Below, piece after piece: positions 12,004 through 24,487 of a stretch of DNA of 64,000 bases (position 1 is its first letter; the number at the start of each line of letters is the position of its first letter). Under the pieces are notes generated by a model. The model made no database searches, was not told the DNA's origin, and was given only the letters and a program-made list of their open reading frames with translations. The position numbers and the translations under genes are program-made. This DNA is from Planctomycetota bacterium (GTDB lineage Bacteria > Planctomycetota > B15-G4): positions 192,001-256,000 of the forward strand of contig JBBQUR010000004.1 of assembly GCA_038212275.1 (NCBI GenBank), in the 5' to 3' direction.

Positions 12004-14114
12004 GCCCGTCCGGACGATCGCACCGGCTCGGCTGGGTGCTCCTGCTGCTGCTCGCCGTCGGCTACCGGCTGCTGGCGCACGCGGAGATGTCGGCGGCTGC
12101 CGACACCTTTGCGCCCATCATCGACAGCGAGGCATACCTCGTGCAGGCGCTGGCCGTCGCGTCAGGGCACGACATCAGCGAAGGCGTCTACTTTCAGGCG
12201 CCGCTCTATCCGTGGGTGCTGGGCCTCACGCTGCGCGCCGCCGGCGTGCCCGGCGTGGTGGGCGCCGAGAGCACCGCCGACGTGCCGCCCGACACGGTGG
12301 CGCGCGCGCTTGCCGTGGGCCGCTGGCTGAACATGGGCTTCGGGCTGCTCGCCGTGGTGCTCGTGACGCTGCTGGCGCAGCGACTCTTCGGGGCGGGGGC
12401 GGGCTGGTGTGCAGGCGTGCTCGCCGCGCTGTGCAGTCCCTTCGTCTTCTACGAGGGCATGCTGCTCAAGGGTTCGCTGTCGCTGCTTTTCCTGCCGTGG
12501 GCCGTGCTCGCGGCCGAACGCGCGCTGACGACGGCACGGCCCCGCGTGTTTGCCTGGAGCGGCCTGGCGCTCGGACTGGGCGCGCTCGTGCGCGGAAATC
12601 TGCACGCAGTCACTCTCGTGGGGGCCGTGGTGCTGCTGGTGTGGGGATGGCGTAGAGGCCGCCTGCCGTTCGCGTGGCGCGGTGCGATGGCTCTTGGGTT
12701 CGGCGTGCTGATCGCGCTGGCGCCCGTCATCGTGCGCAACTCCCTCGTGAGCGGACGCGCCGTGCTCTCCACGGCCGCCGGCGGGACGGCCTTCTACCTG
12801 TGCAATGAGCCAGGCAACGACACCGGCCTCATCCAGCACCGCGCCATCAACCGCCAGGTGCCGTTGCACGAACTGGAAGACTGGACCGCGCTGGCGCAGG
12901 AACGCACGGGCCGTGCTCTGTCCGCCGCGGAGGTCAGCAGCTACTGGGCCGGGGAGGCGCTGGCGGGCATCTCGCGCCAGCCGGGGACGTGGCTGCTCGC
13001 GGAGGCGCGCAAGTTCTGCCTGCTTTTCTCGGGCTACGAAGCGCCCGACAACAGCATGCCGTCGTTCGCCGAACCCGAGTGCGCCGCGTTGCGACTCTCG
13101 CCCGTGCACTACGGCTTGCTGCTGCCGCTCGCGCTGGGCGGCGCCGCCCTGGCCTGGCTCGATCGACGTCGGCGCTCGGGAGGCGAGGCCCGAGCCGCCC
13201 TTGTCGTGGCGCTGCTCGCCTACGCCGCCAGCCTGCTCCTGTTCGTCGTGACGTCGCGCTTCCGCCTGCCGATGCTTCCGCTCGTCGTGGTCCTTGCGGG
13301 CGCCTGCCTCGCGCGCCTGCCAGGGCTGCTCAGGGACCGGACGCAGCGCGGCGAGGGCGGGCTCACCGCCATGGCGATGCTTGGTGGCGTGCTGCTCGGA
13401 CACGCCGCCGACTGGCCGGTCGGGCCGCTGACACCGCGGGAGCGAGCCAGCCATGTCGCCGTGTGCCTCAAGAACCGTGCGCAGGTCCGGCTGGCGCGCG
13501 GCGCGCTGAGCGAGGCCGACAGCGACCTCTACATCGCCATCGCACTGAGCCAGGCCGCCGGCATCGACGCGCCGGCGCTGCACGTGGAGCGTGCCCGGCT
13601 GGCGCGCCTGCGGCTCGTCACCGAAGCGCCGAGGATCGACGTCGCCGCCGCGCGCGAACAGTTCGAGACGAGCATGGAAGGAACGGCTCGCGAAGAGCTC
13701 GCGCGCGCGCTGGCACTCTCTGCCGACGACGCGGCCACGTTGTGCGAGCGCGGCTTGCTGGACTACGCGCTGGGCCGCTATGCGGACGCAGCCGATGCGC
13801 TGCAACGCAGCCTCGCCCTGCAGCCGCGCGAGCGCGAGGCGCTGGCCTATCGTGCGCTCGCCTTGCTCTACCTGGATCGGGACGACGAGGCCGGCTCCGT
13901 GGCCCGGCAACTCACGACACTTCGCCCGGACGACGACGACGGCTGGGCGCTGCTCGCGCTGGCTCTCCACCGAACCGGACAGGAGGCGCCCGCTCTGGAG
14001 GCTCTTGATCGCCATGACCAGCTGGCGAGCATGAGGGAGGCTGCGGGCATCCCGCGCCGCTTTCCCGATCAACCCGAGTTCCGCACGATGCGCTCCAAGC
14101 CCGAGGATCCATGA
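12000..14114 (+). CDS. Multi-pass membrane glycosyltransferase (GT39/ArnT-like, GT-C fold) with C-terminal TPR repeats
   Basis: Many hydrophobic segments; DSEAY..QA, YFQAPLYPW, SRFRLPMLP; TPR-like helices at C-terminus; TTG start overlapping the upstream stop is inferred. Confidence 0.72.
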   Translation: MSPSGRSHRLGWVLLLLLAVGYRLLAHAEMSAAADTFAPIIDSEAYLVQALAVASGHDISEGVYFQAPLYPWVLGLTLRAAGVPGVVGAESTADVPPDTVARALAVGRWLNMGFGLLAVVLVTLLAQRLFGAGAGWCAGVLAALCSPFVFYEGMLLKGSLSLLFLPWAVLAAERALTTARPRVFAWSGLALGLGALVRGNLHAVTLVGAVVLLVWGWRRGRLPFAWRGAMALGFGVLIALAPVIVRNSLVSGRAVLSTAAGGTAFYLCNEPGNDTGLIQHRAINRQVPLHELEDWTALAQERTGRALSAAEVSSYWAGEALAGISRQPGTWLLAEARKFCLLFSGYEAPDNSMPSFAEPECAALRLSPVHYGLLLPLALGGAALAWLDRRRRSGGEARAALVVALLAYAASLLLFVVTSRFRLPMLPLVVVLAGACLARLPGLLRDRTQRGEGGLTAMAMLGGVLLGHAADWPVGPLTPRERASHVAVCLKNRAQVRLARGALSEADSDLYIAIALSQAAGIDAPALHVERARLARLRLVTEAPRIDVAAAREQFETSMEGTAREELARALALSADDAATLCERGLLDYALGRYADAADALQRSLALQPREREALAYRALALLYLDRDDEAGSVARQLTTLRPDDDDGWALLALALHRTGQEAPALEALDRHDQLASMREAAGIPRRFPDQPEFRTMRSKPEDP

Positions 14115-15799
14115 CCCGACGCCTCGCGCTGCTGCTGCCCGTCCTCGCGCTGCTGCCGGCCTGCCCGGACAGCGGCGGGCGCCCGACGACGGCTGCGCCG
14201 GCCGGCGCCGTCGCTGCCGGCGGCGCTGCGAACGAGCACGCTGCAGGCGCGTACTTCGAGGCGGACGGGCAGGACTTCGCGCCGCTGCAATGTGGCCGTC
14301 CCGAATGCCCGACGATTCTCGAAGTGAACGGCGGCGGCGCCGCCTTCTTCGATGCCGACGACGACGGGGACATGGACCTGCTCGTGGTGAGCCCCGGCGC
14401 CTACCCCGAGCACGGTGCGACGCCGGGCGGCACCAACAGGCTGTATCGCAATGACGACGGGCGCTTCTCGGACGTGACCTCCGGCAGCGGCGTCGATGTC
14501 GGCGTCTACTGCAATGGCGTGGCCGTCGGCGACTTCGACAGCGACGGTCGGCGCGACCTCTACCTCACCTGTCACGGCCGCAACGTGCTGCTGCGCAACG
14601 AGGGCGGACTGCACTTCTCGCTGGTTCCGGACGCAGCCGGCGCGGCCGCCGACGGCTGGAGCACCAGCGCCGTGTTCGTCGACATCGATCGAGACGGCGA
14701 CCCGGATCTCTACGTCACGCGCTACCTCGACTTCGACGCGGACGACCCGCCGATGCACGGCGAGCAGGGCCGCAGCTGCCTGTGGCTGGGCATGCCCGTC
14801 ATGTGCGGGCCGCAAGGCCTGCCCGCGCAGGCCGACCTGTTCTTCGTGAACGAGGACGGCCGTTTCCGGGAAGCGACGGCGGAGCGCGGCTTCGGCGCGA
14901 CGCCGTCGTACGGACTCGGCGTGATCGACGGCGACTGGAACGGCGATGGCTGGCCGGATGTCTACGTCAGCAACGACTCGATGCCGAACTTCCTGTTTCT
15001 CTCCGACGGGAAGGGCGGCGTGAAGGAGGCCGGTGTGCTCTCCGGCGCGGCCCTTTCGTCACGTGGCCGCGAGCAGGCCGGCATGGGCATCGCCTCCGGC
15101 GACACGGATGGCGACGGCGACGAAGACCTCCTCGTCACCAACTTCTCTCTCGAGCCGAATGCGCTCTACGTGAATCGCGGTCACGGGCTGTTCACCGACA
15201 TGTCCGACCCGTCGGGGCTCGGTGGCCCGTCGCGCCCGCTGCTCGGCTGGGGTGCGCTCTTTGCCGACGTCGATCTCGACGGCGACCTGGACCTGCTCAC
15301 CGCCAACGGCCACGTCTACCCGCAGGCCGATGCGCCGGACACCGGCACGTCCTACGCCCAGCCCGACATGCTCTACCTCAACGACGGCAAGGGACGCTTC
15401 TCCGTGGGCCACTGGCCCGGTGAGCAGCCCGCCGTGAGTCGCGCGCTGGCGGCAGGCGACGTGGACGACGACGGCGTCACCGACGTGTTGATCACGCACC
15501 TGCACGGACCACCCGTGTTGTGGCGCGGCACCGCCGTCGGTCCGGTGCTCGACCTCCGGCTGCACGGGCCGCCGGGCAATCCGGATGGATGCGGCACCAC
15601 GGCCATCGTCCGCGACGAGCTGGGAGTCCGCCACGCGAGGGTGCGCACCAGCGGGGGCTACCAGTCCGCGTCGGATCCGCGCCTGCGCTTCGCGTGGCGC
15701 GGCCCCGCGACGCTCGCGCTGACCTTTCCCGACGGGCGGACGCACGAGCAGCGCGTGGAAGCTCCGGGCCCGGTGGTGGTGGAGGTGCCCGCACGATGA
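14111..15799 (+). CDS. CRTAC1/ASPIC-UnbV family FG-GAP lipoprotein
   Basis: Lipobox-like LLPAC; GGGAAFFDADDDGDMDL, AGMGIASGD, GWGALFADVDLDGDLDL; C-terminal SGGYQSASDPRLRF. Confidence 0.85.
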   Translation: MTRRLALLLPVLALLPACPDSGGRPTTAAPAGAVAAGGAANEHAAGAYFEADGQDFAPLQCGRPECPTILEVNGGGAAFFDADDDGDMDLLVVSPGAYPEHGATPGGTNRLYRNDDGRFSDVTSGSGVDVGVYCNGVAVGDFDSDGRRDLYLTCHGRNVLLRNEGGLHFSLVPDAAGAAADGWSTSAVFVDIDRDGDPDLYVTRYLDFDADDPPMHGEQGRSCLWLGMPVMCGPQGLPAQADLFFVNEDGRFREATAERGFGATPSYGLGVIDGDWNGDGWPDVYVSNDSMPNFLFLSDGKGGVKEAGVLSGAALSSRGREQAGMGIASGDTDGDGDEDLLVTNFSLEPNALYVNRGHGLFTDMSDPSGLGGPSRPLLGWGALFADVDLDGDLDLLTANGHVYPQADAPDTGTSYAQPDMLYLNDGKGRFSVGHWPGEQPAVSRALAAGDVDDDGVTDVLITHLHGPPVLWRGTAVGPVLDLRLHGPPGNPDGCGTTAIVRDELGVRHARVRTSGGYQSASDPRLRFAWRGPATLALTFPDGRTHEQRVEAPGPVVVEVPAR

Positions 15800-16851
15800 G
15801 TCGTCTCGTTGCGATGCGCCGGGCCGTCGTCCTGCTCGGGTGTCTCGCGCTTCCTCTCGGTTGCAGCGATGAGGCCACGCAGGTGTCGCGTGCCGCCGAC
15901 GCGCATGCTTCCGCCGACGGCCAGAGGGCCGCCGAGGCGCCGCTCACGAAGGAAGAGATGGGCGTCGTGCAGATGGCCGCACGGTCGGTGCAGGCCGAGC
16001 GCTTCGAAGATGCGGCGCGGCTGCTCGCCCCGCTGCTTGCCCGCACGCCGCCGCCTGCGGACGCGCAGTTCATCGCCGGCTCCGCCGCGTACGAGCTGGG
16101 CGACTACGCCGAGGCCGTCACGCGCCTCACCGACGCGATTGCCCGCAAGCCGGTGTTCGTGCGCGACAGTTCCGCGCTCGGCTTCGCGCACTTCAAGCTG
16201 GGCAATTTCGCCGGAGCGCGCGAGAGCTTCGAGCGCATCGTGGGCGCCAACGACGGTGCCTACAAGGCACATTACGGACTGGGACTCGTCGCGCTTTCGG
16301 AAGGACGGCTTCCCGAGGCGCGCGCCCACCTGGAGCGCTCGCTCGCCCTCAAGCCCGGGTACCTGAAGGCGCGCTTCCAGATGGCGCGACTGCTGCAGGA
16401 GGAGGGGCGCCTTCAGGAAGCGGCCGACGCGTTGCAGGCCGTGCTGGCCGACTGGCCCACGCACGAGGAGGCGCTCTACCGCTTGTCGCAGGTGATGCTC
16501 GCACTCGGGCGGGAGGACGAGGCCGCTGCGCTCGTGGAGCGCCACGCGCAGGTCTACAAGGCACGCGAGGCCATCGGAAGCCTCGTCCAGCGCATCCGGT
16601 CGGGAGACGACCAGCCCGCGATGCACGCGGAGATCGTGCGGCTGTGGCTCGAAGTCGGCGACGACGAGGAGGCTCTGCGTGCCCTCGCGGACGGCCTGCG
16701 CCGCTTTCCCGACGACCCGCTGCTCGAGTCGATCCGCGCCTCGCTGCACCCGTCCGAGGACGTGCCGGACACGCCTCCGGGCGCTTCGGATGCGCACGTC
16801 GCCGAGCCCGCGCATGACGCGGAGCCTGCGCCTGACGCCGCGCCTCGTTGA
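15796..16851 (+). CDS. TPR-repeat lipoprotein
   Basis: Lipobox-like LPLGC; repeated TPR patterns (AHYGLGLVAL..GR..EA); ATGA coupling. Confidence 0.82.
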   Translation: MSRLVAMRRAVVLLGCLALPLGCSDEATQVSRAADAHASADGQRAAEAPLTKEEMGVVQMAARSVQAERFEDAARLLAPLLARTPPPADAQFIAGSAAYELGDYAEAVTRLTDAIARKPVFVRDSSALGFAHFKLGNFAGARESFERIVGANDGAYKAHYGLGLVALSEGRLPEARAHLERSLALKPGYLKARFQMARLLQEEGRLQEAADALQAVLADWPTHEEALYRLSQVMLALGREDEAAALVERHAQVYKAREAIGSLVQRIRSGDDQPAMHAEIVRLWLEVGDDEEALRALADGLRRFPDDPLLESIRASLHPSEDVPDTPPGASDAHVAEPAHDAEPAPDAAPR

Positions 16852-16876
16852 AGCGCGGCGCCGCAAGGCCTAGACT
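16848..16876 (+). promoter_or_regulatory. Sigma-70-like promoter for icd-pyk
   Basis: TTGAAG-17 bp-TAGACT. Confidence 0.55.
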
Positions 16877-16945
16877 GTCCGGCTTCGTTTCTGCTGTCCG
16901 AACGGCACTGTGGCCGCATCCGACAGCTGCTCTCGAGAGACACCC

Positions 16946-18034
16946 ATGACCACCCACGCAGTGACCCTGATCCGCGGCGACGGCACCGGCCCCGAGCTGG
17001 CCGCCGTCACGCAGCAGTGCCTGGAAGCCACCGGAGTCAAGTTCGACTGGGATGTCGTGGACGCCGGCGAAGCCACCATGGCCTCGCAGGGCACGCCGCT
17101 TCCGAAGTCGGTGCTCGACTCGCTGCGCCGCAACAAGGTGGGCATCAAGGCGCCGATCACCACGCCCGTCGGCACGGGCTTCCGTTCGGTGAACGTTGCG
17201 CTGCGCAAGGAGCTGGACCTGTTCGCCTGCGTGCGGCCGTGCCGCACCTTCGCGGGCGTCGCCGCCTACCACAAGAACGTGGATCTCGTCATCGTGCGCG
17301 AGAACACGGAGGACCTGTACGCCGGCATCGAGTTCGAGAAGGACAAGGAAGACACCGCGCGCCTCATGGAGCTGATCCGCGAGTACCGCCCGGGCGCCAC
17401 CTTCGGCGCGCACTGCGGCATCTCGATCAAGCCGATCAGCGTCGAGCGCAGCCGCCGCATCGTGGAGTTCGCCTTCGACTACGCGCGCAGGAACAAGCGC
17501 AAGAAGGTCACGGCCGTCCACAAGGCCAACATCATGAAGTTCAGCGACGGGCTGTTTCTCGAGGTCGCGCGACAGGTCGCCGCCGAGAACCCCGACATCG
17601 CCTTCAATGACCGCATCGTCGACAACATGTGCATGCAGCTCGTGCAGACGCCGCAGGACTACGACGTGCTCGTGCTCCCGAACCTGTACGGCGACATCCT
17701 GTCCGACCTGTGCGCCGCTCTCGTGGGCGGGCTCGGCGTCGCACCGGGCGCCAACATCGGCGTGCACGGCGCGATGTTCGAGGCCGTGCACGGCAGCGCG
17801 CCCAAGTACGCGGGGATGAACAAGGTCAACCCGACCGCGATGATCCTGTCCGGCGTGCTCATGCTGCGCTACCTCGGCGAGACGAGCGCTGCGGACCGGC
17901 TCGAGCGCGCGGTGGCCGCCGTGCTCGCCGAGGGCAAGGACGTCACTTACGACCTGCGCCCGGGCAAGAACCCGGTCGGAGCGGCGGGCACTCGCGAAAT
18001 GGCCCAGGCGATCATCCGTCACCTGGATCCCTGA
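16946..18034 (+). CDS. icd: Isocitrate dehydrogenase (isocitrate/isopropylmalate dehydrogenase family)
   Basis: [59 protein letters not shown]. Confidence 0.88.
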   Translation: MTTHAVTLIRGDGTGPELAAVTQQCLEATGVKFDWDVVDAGEATMASQGTPLPKSVLDSLRRNKVGIKAPITTPVGTGFRSVNVALRKELDLFACVRPCRTFAGVAAYHKNVDLVIVRENTEDLYAGIEFEKDKEDTARLMELIREYRPGATFGAHCGISIKPISVERSRRIVEFAFDYARRNKRKKVTAVHKANIMKFSDGLFLEVARQVAAENPDIAFNDRIVDNMCMQLVQTPQDYDVLVLPNLYGDILSDLCAALVGGLGVAPGANIGVHGAMFEAVHGSAPKYAGMNKVNPTAMILSGVLMLRYLGETSAADRLERAVAAVLAEGKDVTYDLRPGKNPVGAAGTREMAQAIIRHLDP

Positions 18035-18039
18035 CCGGC

Positions 18040-19641
18040 GTGGGGAGCGCTCAGGGCATCGACTCGACGCGCAAGACGCGCATCGTGGCGACGATGGGGC
18101 CCGCCAGCAGGCCACCCGCGACGCTGCGTCGGCTCATCCGGGCCGGCGTGGAGGTCGTGCGCCTGAACTTCTCGCACGGCACGCACGCCTCTCACGCGGA
18201 GGCCGCGGCCGCCGTGCGACAGGCCTCGGCCGAGCTGGGCGTGCCCGTGGCCATCCTGGCCGACCTGTGCGGCCCGAAGATGCGCCTCGGACGCGTGCAG
18301 GGTGACTTGGTGCAGCTCCGCGCCGGGAGCACGCTGCTGCTCACCGAATCAGGCGGCATCGGCACCGAGGAGCGGCTGGTGGTGGAGGCAGCCGGCCTCG
18401 TCTCGCGGCTGCAGCCCGGCCACCGCATTCTCATCGCGGACGGCGCCATCGAACTGCGCGCCCTGCGCCGCCACCGCGACGGCATGACCTGCCGCGTGCT
18501 TCACGGCGGTCTGCTGCGGAGCAGGCAGGGCATCAACATCCCGGGCCGTCACGCCGGCGTGGCGGCGCTGACCGCCAAGGACAAGCGCGACCTGGCCTTC
18601 GCCCTGTCGATCGGCGTGGACGCCGTGGCGCTGTCCTTCGTGCGCGGTGCGGACGACGTGCTCGCGCTGCGCCGCCTCCTCGACCGACGCGGTGCGCGCC
18701 CCTTCGTCATCGCGAAGATCGAGCGCGCCGAGGCGCTCGAGAACCTGTCCTCGATTCTGCAGGTGGTGGGCGGCGTCATGGTTGCGCGCGGCGACCTCGG
18801 CGTGGAGATCGGCGTGGAGAACGTGCCCCTCGCGCAGAAGCGCATCATCCGCGAGGCCCTGCGCATGCACCGCCCGGTCATCACCGCGACGCAGATGCTC
18901 GAGAGCATGATCGAGCGCCCGGTGCCCACGCGCGCGGAGGTCTCGGACGTCGCCAACGCGGTGCTCGAGGGCACGGACGCCCTGATGCTCTCGGCCGAAA
19001 CCGCGGTGGGCAAGTATCCCGTGAAGGCGGTGATGACACTCGCGCAGGTCGCGCGCCAGGTCGAGACCGCAGGCATGACGGCCAGCGCCGTCGACATCCC
19101 GACCGAGGAAGAGGATTCGGCCATGGCGATCGCGCGCGCCGCGCGCATCGCCGCCCGCGCGGTGCATGCCGGCGGGATCGCGGCCTTCACGGCCTCGGGT
19201 CGCACCGCGCGACTCGTCAGCAGCCAGCGTCCCACGCGACGGCTCTTCGGCTTCACGGACAACGAGGCCACTCTGCGCCGCATGCGCTTCTTCTGGGGCA
19301 TCACGCCGATGAAAATCCACCACGCGCGCACCTCCGAGGCGATGGTGGCGGAAGCGGAGGCCGTCCTGCTCGACCGGCGGCTCATGCGCCTCGGCGAAAA
19401 GGTCGTCGTCGTGTGCGGCGAGGTCAGCCACGCCGGGGCCACGAACACGGTAAAGATCCACACGCTCGGCGGAGCCGAGCGCGACGGGAAGCGCGCCGCT
19501 CACGCGCAGAGGAAGGCCGTCGCGGGGAAAGGCGCCCGTCGCGCGACGGCTTCCGCCGTCGCCGGATCGGTCGCGGTCAGATCCCGAAAATCACCGCGCG
19601 ATGGAACACCACGTCGTCGCCGAGGTCGTTCGGAATCCTGA
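18040..19641 (+). CDS. pyk: Pyruvate kinase
   Basis: KTRIVATMGP, RLNFSHG, AKIE, MVARGDLGVE, TATQMLESM, PTRAEVSDVANAV; GTG start inferred. Confidence 0.95.
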   Translation: MGSAQGIDSTRKTRIVATMGPASRPPATLRRLIRAGVEVVRLNFSHGTHASHAEAAAAVRQASAELGVPVAILADLCGPKMRLGRVQGDLVQLRAGSTLLLTESGGIGTEERLVVEAAGLVSRLQPGHRILIADGAIELRALRRHRDGMTCRVLHGGLLRSRQGINIPGRHAGVAALTAKDKRDLAFALSIGVDAVALSFVRGADDVLALRRLLDRRGARPFVIAKIERAEALENLSSILQVVGGVMVARGDLGVEIGVENVPLAQKRIIREALRMHRPVITATQMLESMIERPVPTRAEVSDVANAVLEGTDALMLSAETAVGKYPVKAVMTLAQVARQVETAGMTASAVDIPTEEEDSAMAIARAARIAARAVHAGGIAAFTASGRTARLVSSQRPTRRLFGFTDNEATLRRMRFFWGITPMKIHHARTSEAMVAEAEAVLLDRRLMRLGEKVVVVCGEVSHAGATNTVKIHTLGGAERDGKRAAHAQRKAVAGKGARRATASAVAGSVAVRSRKSPRDGTPRRRRGRSES

Positions 19642-20185
19642 CAGCCGAGAGCCGCTGCGTCGGCGGCGGCGGGTCCTGCTGCTGCACGCCGCTGAAGAAA
19701 GTGGTGGCAGTCACGGCCAGGAAGGGCAGGGTCTCCTCGGGGTCGCCGTGGCCGCCGACGCTGGTCCACTGCGCGTCGACCTGCTCGACGTCGCTGATGG
19801 TGAAACTGCCATTCGCGACGACGCCGCCGCCCATGAGCACCACGAAGCTGTCGCTGAAGTCGAACAGCGAGCTGTCATAGGGCACCGCGAAGAGCTGCTT
19901 CCAGACCTGCCGCATCTGCTTTTCGGTGCGGATCACGGTGTTGCCTTCGAGCAGCGTCTGCAGGTCGGGGTCGAAGGCGCCGCCCACCGCAGCCAGCCGG
20001 ACCACTGCGCCACCCGACACGGAGACGGTTGCCGGCAGCTGCACGGCCACGGGAGGAAGATCCAGCGGGGCGAAGCTCACCGGCAGCCCGGCGGACGCGC
20101 CCAGAAAGGACGAGTAGAACGGCGCGCCGGCGGCCAGTGCACCGGCCGCGAGAACCAGCGAAACGATCGTGAAGCGACGCCACAT
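19577..20185 (-). CDS. Secreted hypothetical protein, possibly PrcB C-terminal-like domain
   Basis: Signal peptide [33 protein letters not shown]...VW..L......FDFS..VV pattern recalls PrcB_C. Confidence 0.6.
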   Translation of the reverse strand: MWRRFTIVSLVLAAGALAAGAPFYSSFLGASAGLPVSFAPLDLPPVAVQLPATVSVSGGAVVRLAAVGGAFDPDLQTLLEGNTVIRTEKQMRQVWKQLFAVPYDSSLFDFSDSFVVLMGGGVVANGSFTISDVEQVDAQWTSVGGHGDPEETLPFLAVTATTFFSGVQQQDPPPPTQRLSAVRIPNDLGDDVVFHRAVIFGI

Positions 20186-20481
20186 GCTCGAATCTCCTCG
20201 GGGACAAGCCCGATCGCGTGATCGCGCGCGGGCTGCGCATGGTAGCCCACCGCGACGACCGACTGGAAAGCGTCTGGACCGGACGGCGGCGACGGGGCGC
20301 ACAACCCTCGCGAAAGCCGGTGATTGAGTCACGCGTTGTCGCGCTCGGCGCGTGCCGGCTGCCCGGACGGCTGCCCGGAAACAGGCGCGAAGATCTGCGA
20401 GTCCCACAGGGCAAGACAGGCACTCGAGGCGTCTGGCTCGACTACACTGGAGCTTTCCCTCTCGTCTTCAGGAGTCCGCAC

Positions 20482-20919
20482 ATGCTCAAGATCCGCCGCC
20501 ATCCGCTGCTCGCCGCCCTCCTCGTCACCTGCGTCCTGGCTTTCGTGGCGGAGCAGGTGCTCGCACAGAACCCGACCATCAAGGGGAAGGGCAAGTATCT
20601 CTCGACGGTGAGCGTGGCACTGACCATCGCGGCGAACGGGCAGTCCGCAACGGCTGTCGACTTGATCCCCGAGAAGATGACCTTCGTCATCACCGACGTC
20701 GTCGTGTCGAATTCCACGGCCTCGTCGGCCAGCTTCGTGATCAATCAGCTGGTCGTCGATGCGGGCACCAAGACGGGCGCCATCGAAGTGGGCCCGATGT
20801 CATCGTTCGCGCACAACTTCGGGACCGGTTTCGAATTCCCGGCCGGCAGCAGAGTCGCGATCTTCGCCAACAACCAGGCGCTCACGGCGACCCTGGTCGG
20901 CTACATGAAAAAGGCCTGA
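20482..20919 (+). CDS. Small secreted beta-rich hypothetical protein
   Basis: AGGAG RBS; signal peptide ending VLA-Q; strong GC3 codon bias. Confidence 0.7.
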   Translation: MLKIRRHPLLAALLVTCVLAFVAEQVLAQNPTIKGKGKYLSTVSVALTIAANGQSATAVDLIPEKMTFVITDVVVSNSTASSASFVINQLVVDAGTKTGAIEVGPMSSFAHNFGTGFEFPAGSRVAIFANNQALTATLVGYMKKA

Positions 20920-20937
20920 TCCGGCGCACCCGCGCGG

Positions 20938-22035
20938 TCAGCTCCTGAAGTAGCGCGCCAATGCCAGACCCTGATTCTGGTAGGCGGAGCCGGCGCCGCC
21001 ATAGAGTTGCACACACGCTTCCACGGTCATGCTGAACTGCAGCCGGAAGATGGGCTGGCCGTGCTCGACGCGGAACGGCACGTCGTGCGCGCGCACTTCG
21101 AGCACGGCCCGCGCGCCATCGGGGCTGGCGGGGCCCCAGCCGAAACCCGGGTCGAAGAAGCCTGCGTAGTTGGTGCGCAGTTCGCCCATGCCGACGTCCC
21201 ACGCGAGCATCTCCGCCGCGAGGTCCGGCGGGATGCGCAGGCGTTCGCAGGACGCCAGGATGTAGAAGTCCTCGGGTTGCAGCGTGAGCGTGCCGTCGGC
21301 ATCGGCGAAAACGGGTTCGAAGTAGTCGGTGGGCTCGTGGCCGCCGATGCGTGCGAGGTCGAGCGCGGGCGCGCCGTGCCGTGCGCGCCAGCCGATGGGG
21401 GCGCCGGGGGCGTCCGGCTCGAGCGAGAGTCCCAGCAGCAGCGCTGCATCGTGCACGACGGGCGTGTCGAAGCCCGGTAGCAGCTGGTCTTCGCGCACGC
21501 GGCGCCGCAGCGCCGCATCGCCGAGCAGCGTCCGCCCCGAGAGGAAGCGGAGCTGGTTGAGGCGCTGCCCGGTGGCAACGCGGATGTCGAAGGAGCGCGG
21601 CACGATCTCCAGCCACAGAGGGCCCGAGTAGCCGGCAGGGATGTCGTCGAAACGATCGTGGCGGTCCACGACGGTGCGCGTGAAGACATCGATGCGGCCC
21701 GTGGATGAGCGCGGGTTCGCGCGGGCGCGCAGCCCGTCCGGCAGGTCGAGTTCCTCGAGCAGCCGCACCAGATAGACATGCCCGCGCTTCAGGACCGCGC
21801 CGCCCGGCGCGGAGAGGTCGATGCGCTCCGTGACGAGCGGCTCGACCTGCTCGGCGACCGGGCCGCGCGCGGGAAGAAAGCCGGCCCGGATGGACAGCGC
21901 CTCGGCGCCGAGGCGCAGGTCCAGCGTGGTCGGCTGGCGCTGGATCGCGTCCAGTGGCGTCCGCGGCCGGATGTGCCCTGCTGCCAGCAGCGCGTCGATC
22001 TGCGCGTGCGTGAAGATTCCTCGGCTTGACCGCAT
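20938..22035 (-). CDS. dcd: dCTP deaminase (long two-domain type)
   Basis: [58 protein letters not shown]. Confidence 0.88.
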   Translation of the reverse strand: MRSSRGIFTHAQIDALLAAGHIRPRTPLDAIQRQPTTLDLRLGAEALSIRAGFLPARGPVAEQVEPLVTERIDLSAPGGAVLKRGHVYLVRLLEELDLPDGLRARANPRSSTGRIDVFTRTVVDRHDRFDDIPAGYSGPLWLEIVPRSFDIRVATGQRLNQLRFLSGRTLLGDAALRRRVREDQLLPGFDTPVVHDAALLLGLSLEPDAPGAPIGWRARHGAPALDLARIGGHEPTDYFEPVFADADGTLTLQPEDFYILASCERLRIPPDLAAEMLAWDVGMGELRTNYAGFFDPGFGWGPASPDGARAVLEVRAHDVPFRVEHGQPIFRLQFSMTVEACVQLYGGAGSAYQNQGLALARYFRS

Positions 22036-22062
22036 GTGCATGCCCTGAGTAAACCTTGCCGG

Positions 22063-23250
<1,188 letters not shown>

Positions 23251-23253
23251 CGC

Positions 23254-24153
<900 letters not shown>

Positions 24154-24259
24154 GGTCCGGCGGGCTGCCGGAGGATGGTCGTTCAGCCCGGAGTCATGTT
24201 CCGGAAGGGGCTGCCTGCGGTTAGACTGGACGCTTCCTCACGGAGCGATTCCATTGCTC

Positions 24260-24487
24260 ATGCCGTCCCACCTGCTTCTCGGCACGCCTCAGGGCATCGA
24301 GTGGCTGGTCATCCTCATCATCGTGCTGCTCCTGTTCGGCAACAAGATTCCCGGTCTGGCGCGCTCGCTCGGTTCGGGCGTCAACGAGTTCAAGGCGGGG
24401 CTGCGCGAGGGCGTCGACAAGCCGAGCACCGGCGACAAGACCGACGCCTCCGGGAAGACCGACAAGGTCGATTCCAAGGACTCGTGA
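24260..24487 (+). CDS. tatA: Twin-arginine translocase TatA/E subunit
   Basis: EWLVILIIVLLLFGNKIPGLARSLGSGVNEFK: TM helix, FG hinge, amphipathic helix. Confidence 0.92.
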   Translation: MPSHLLLGTPQGIEWLVILIIVLLLFGNKIPGLARSLGSGVNEFKAGLREGVDKPSTGDKTDASGKTDKVDSKDS

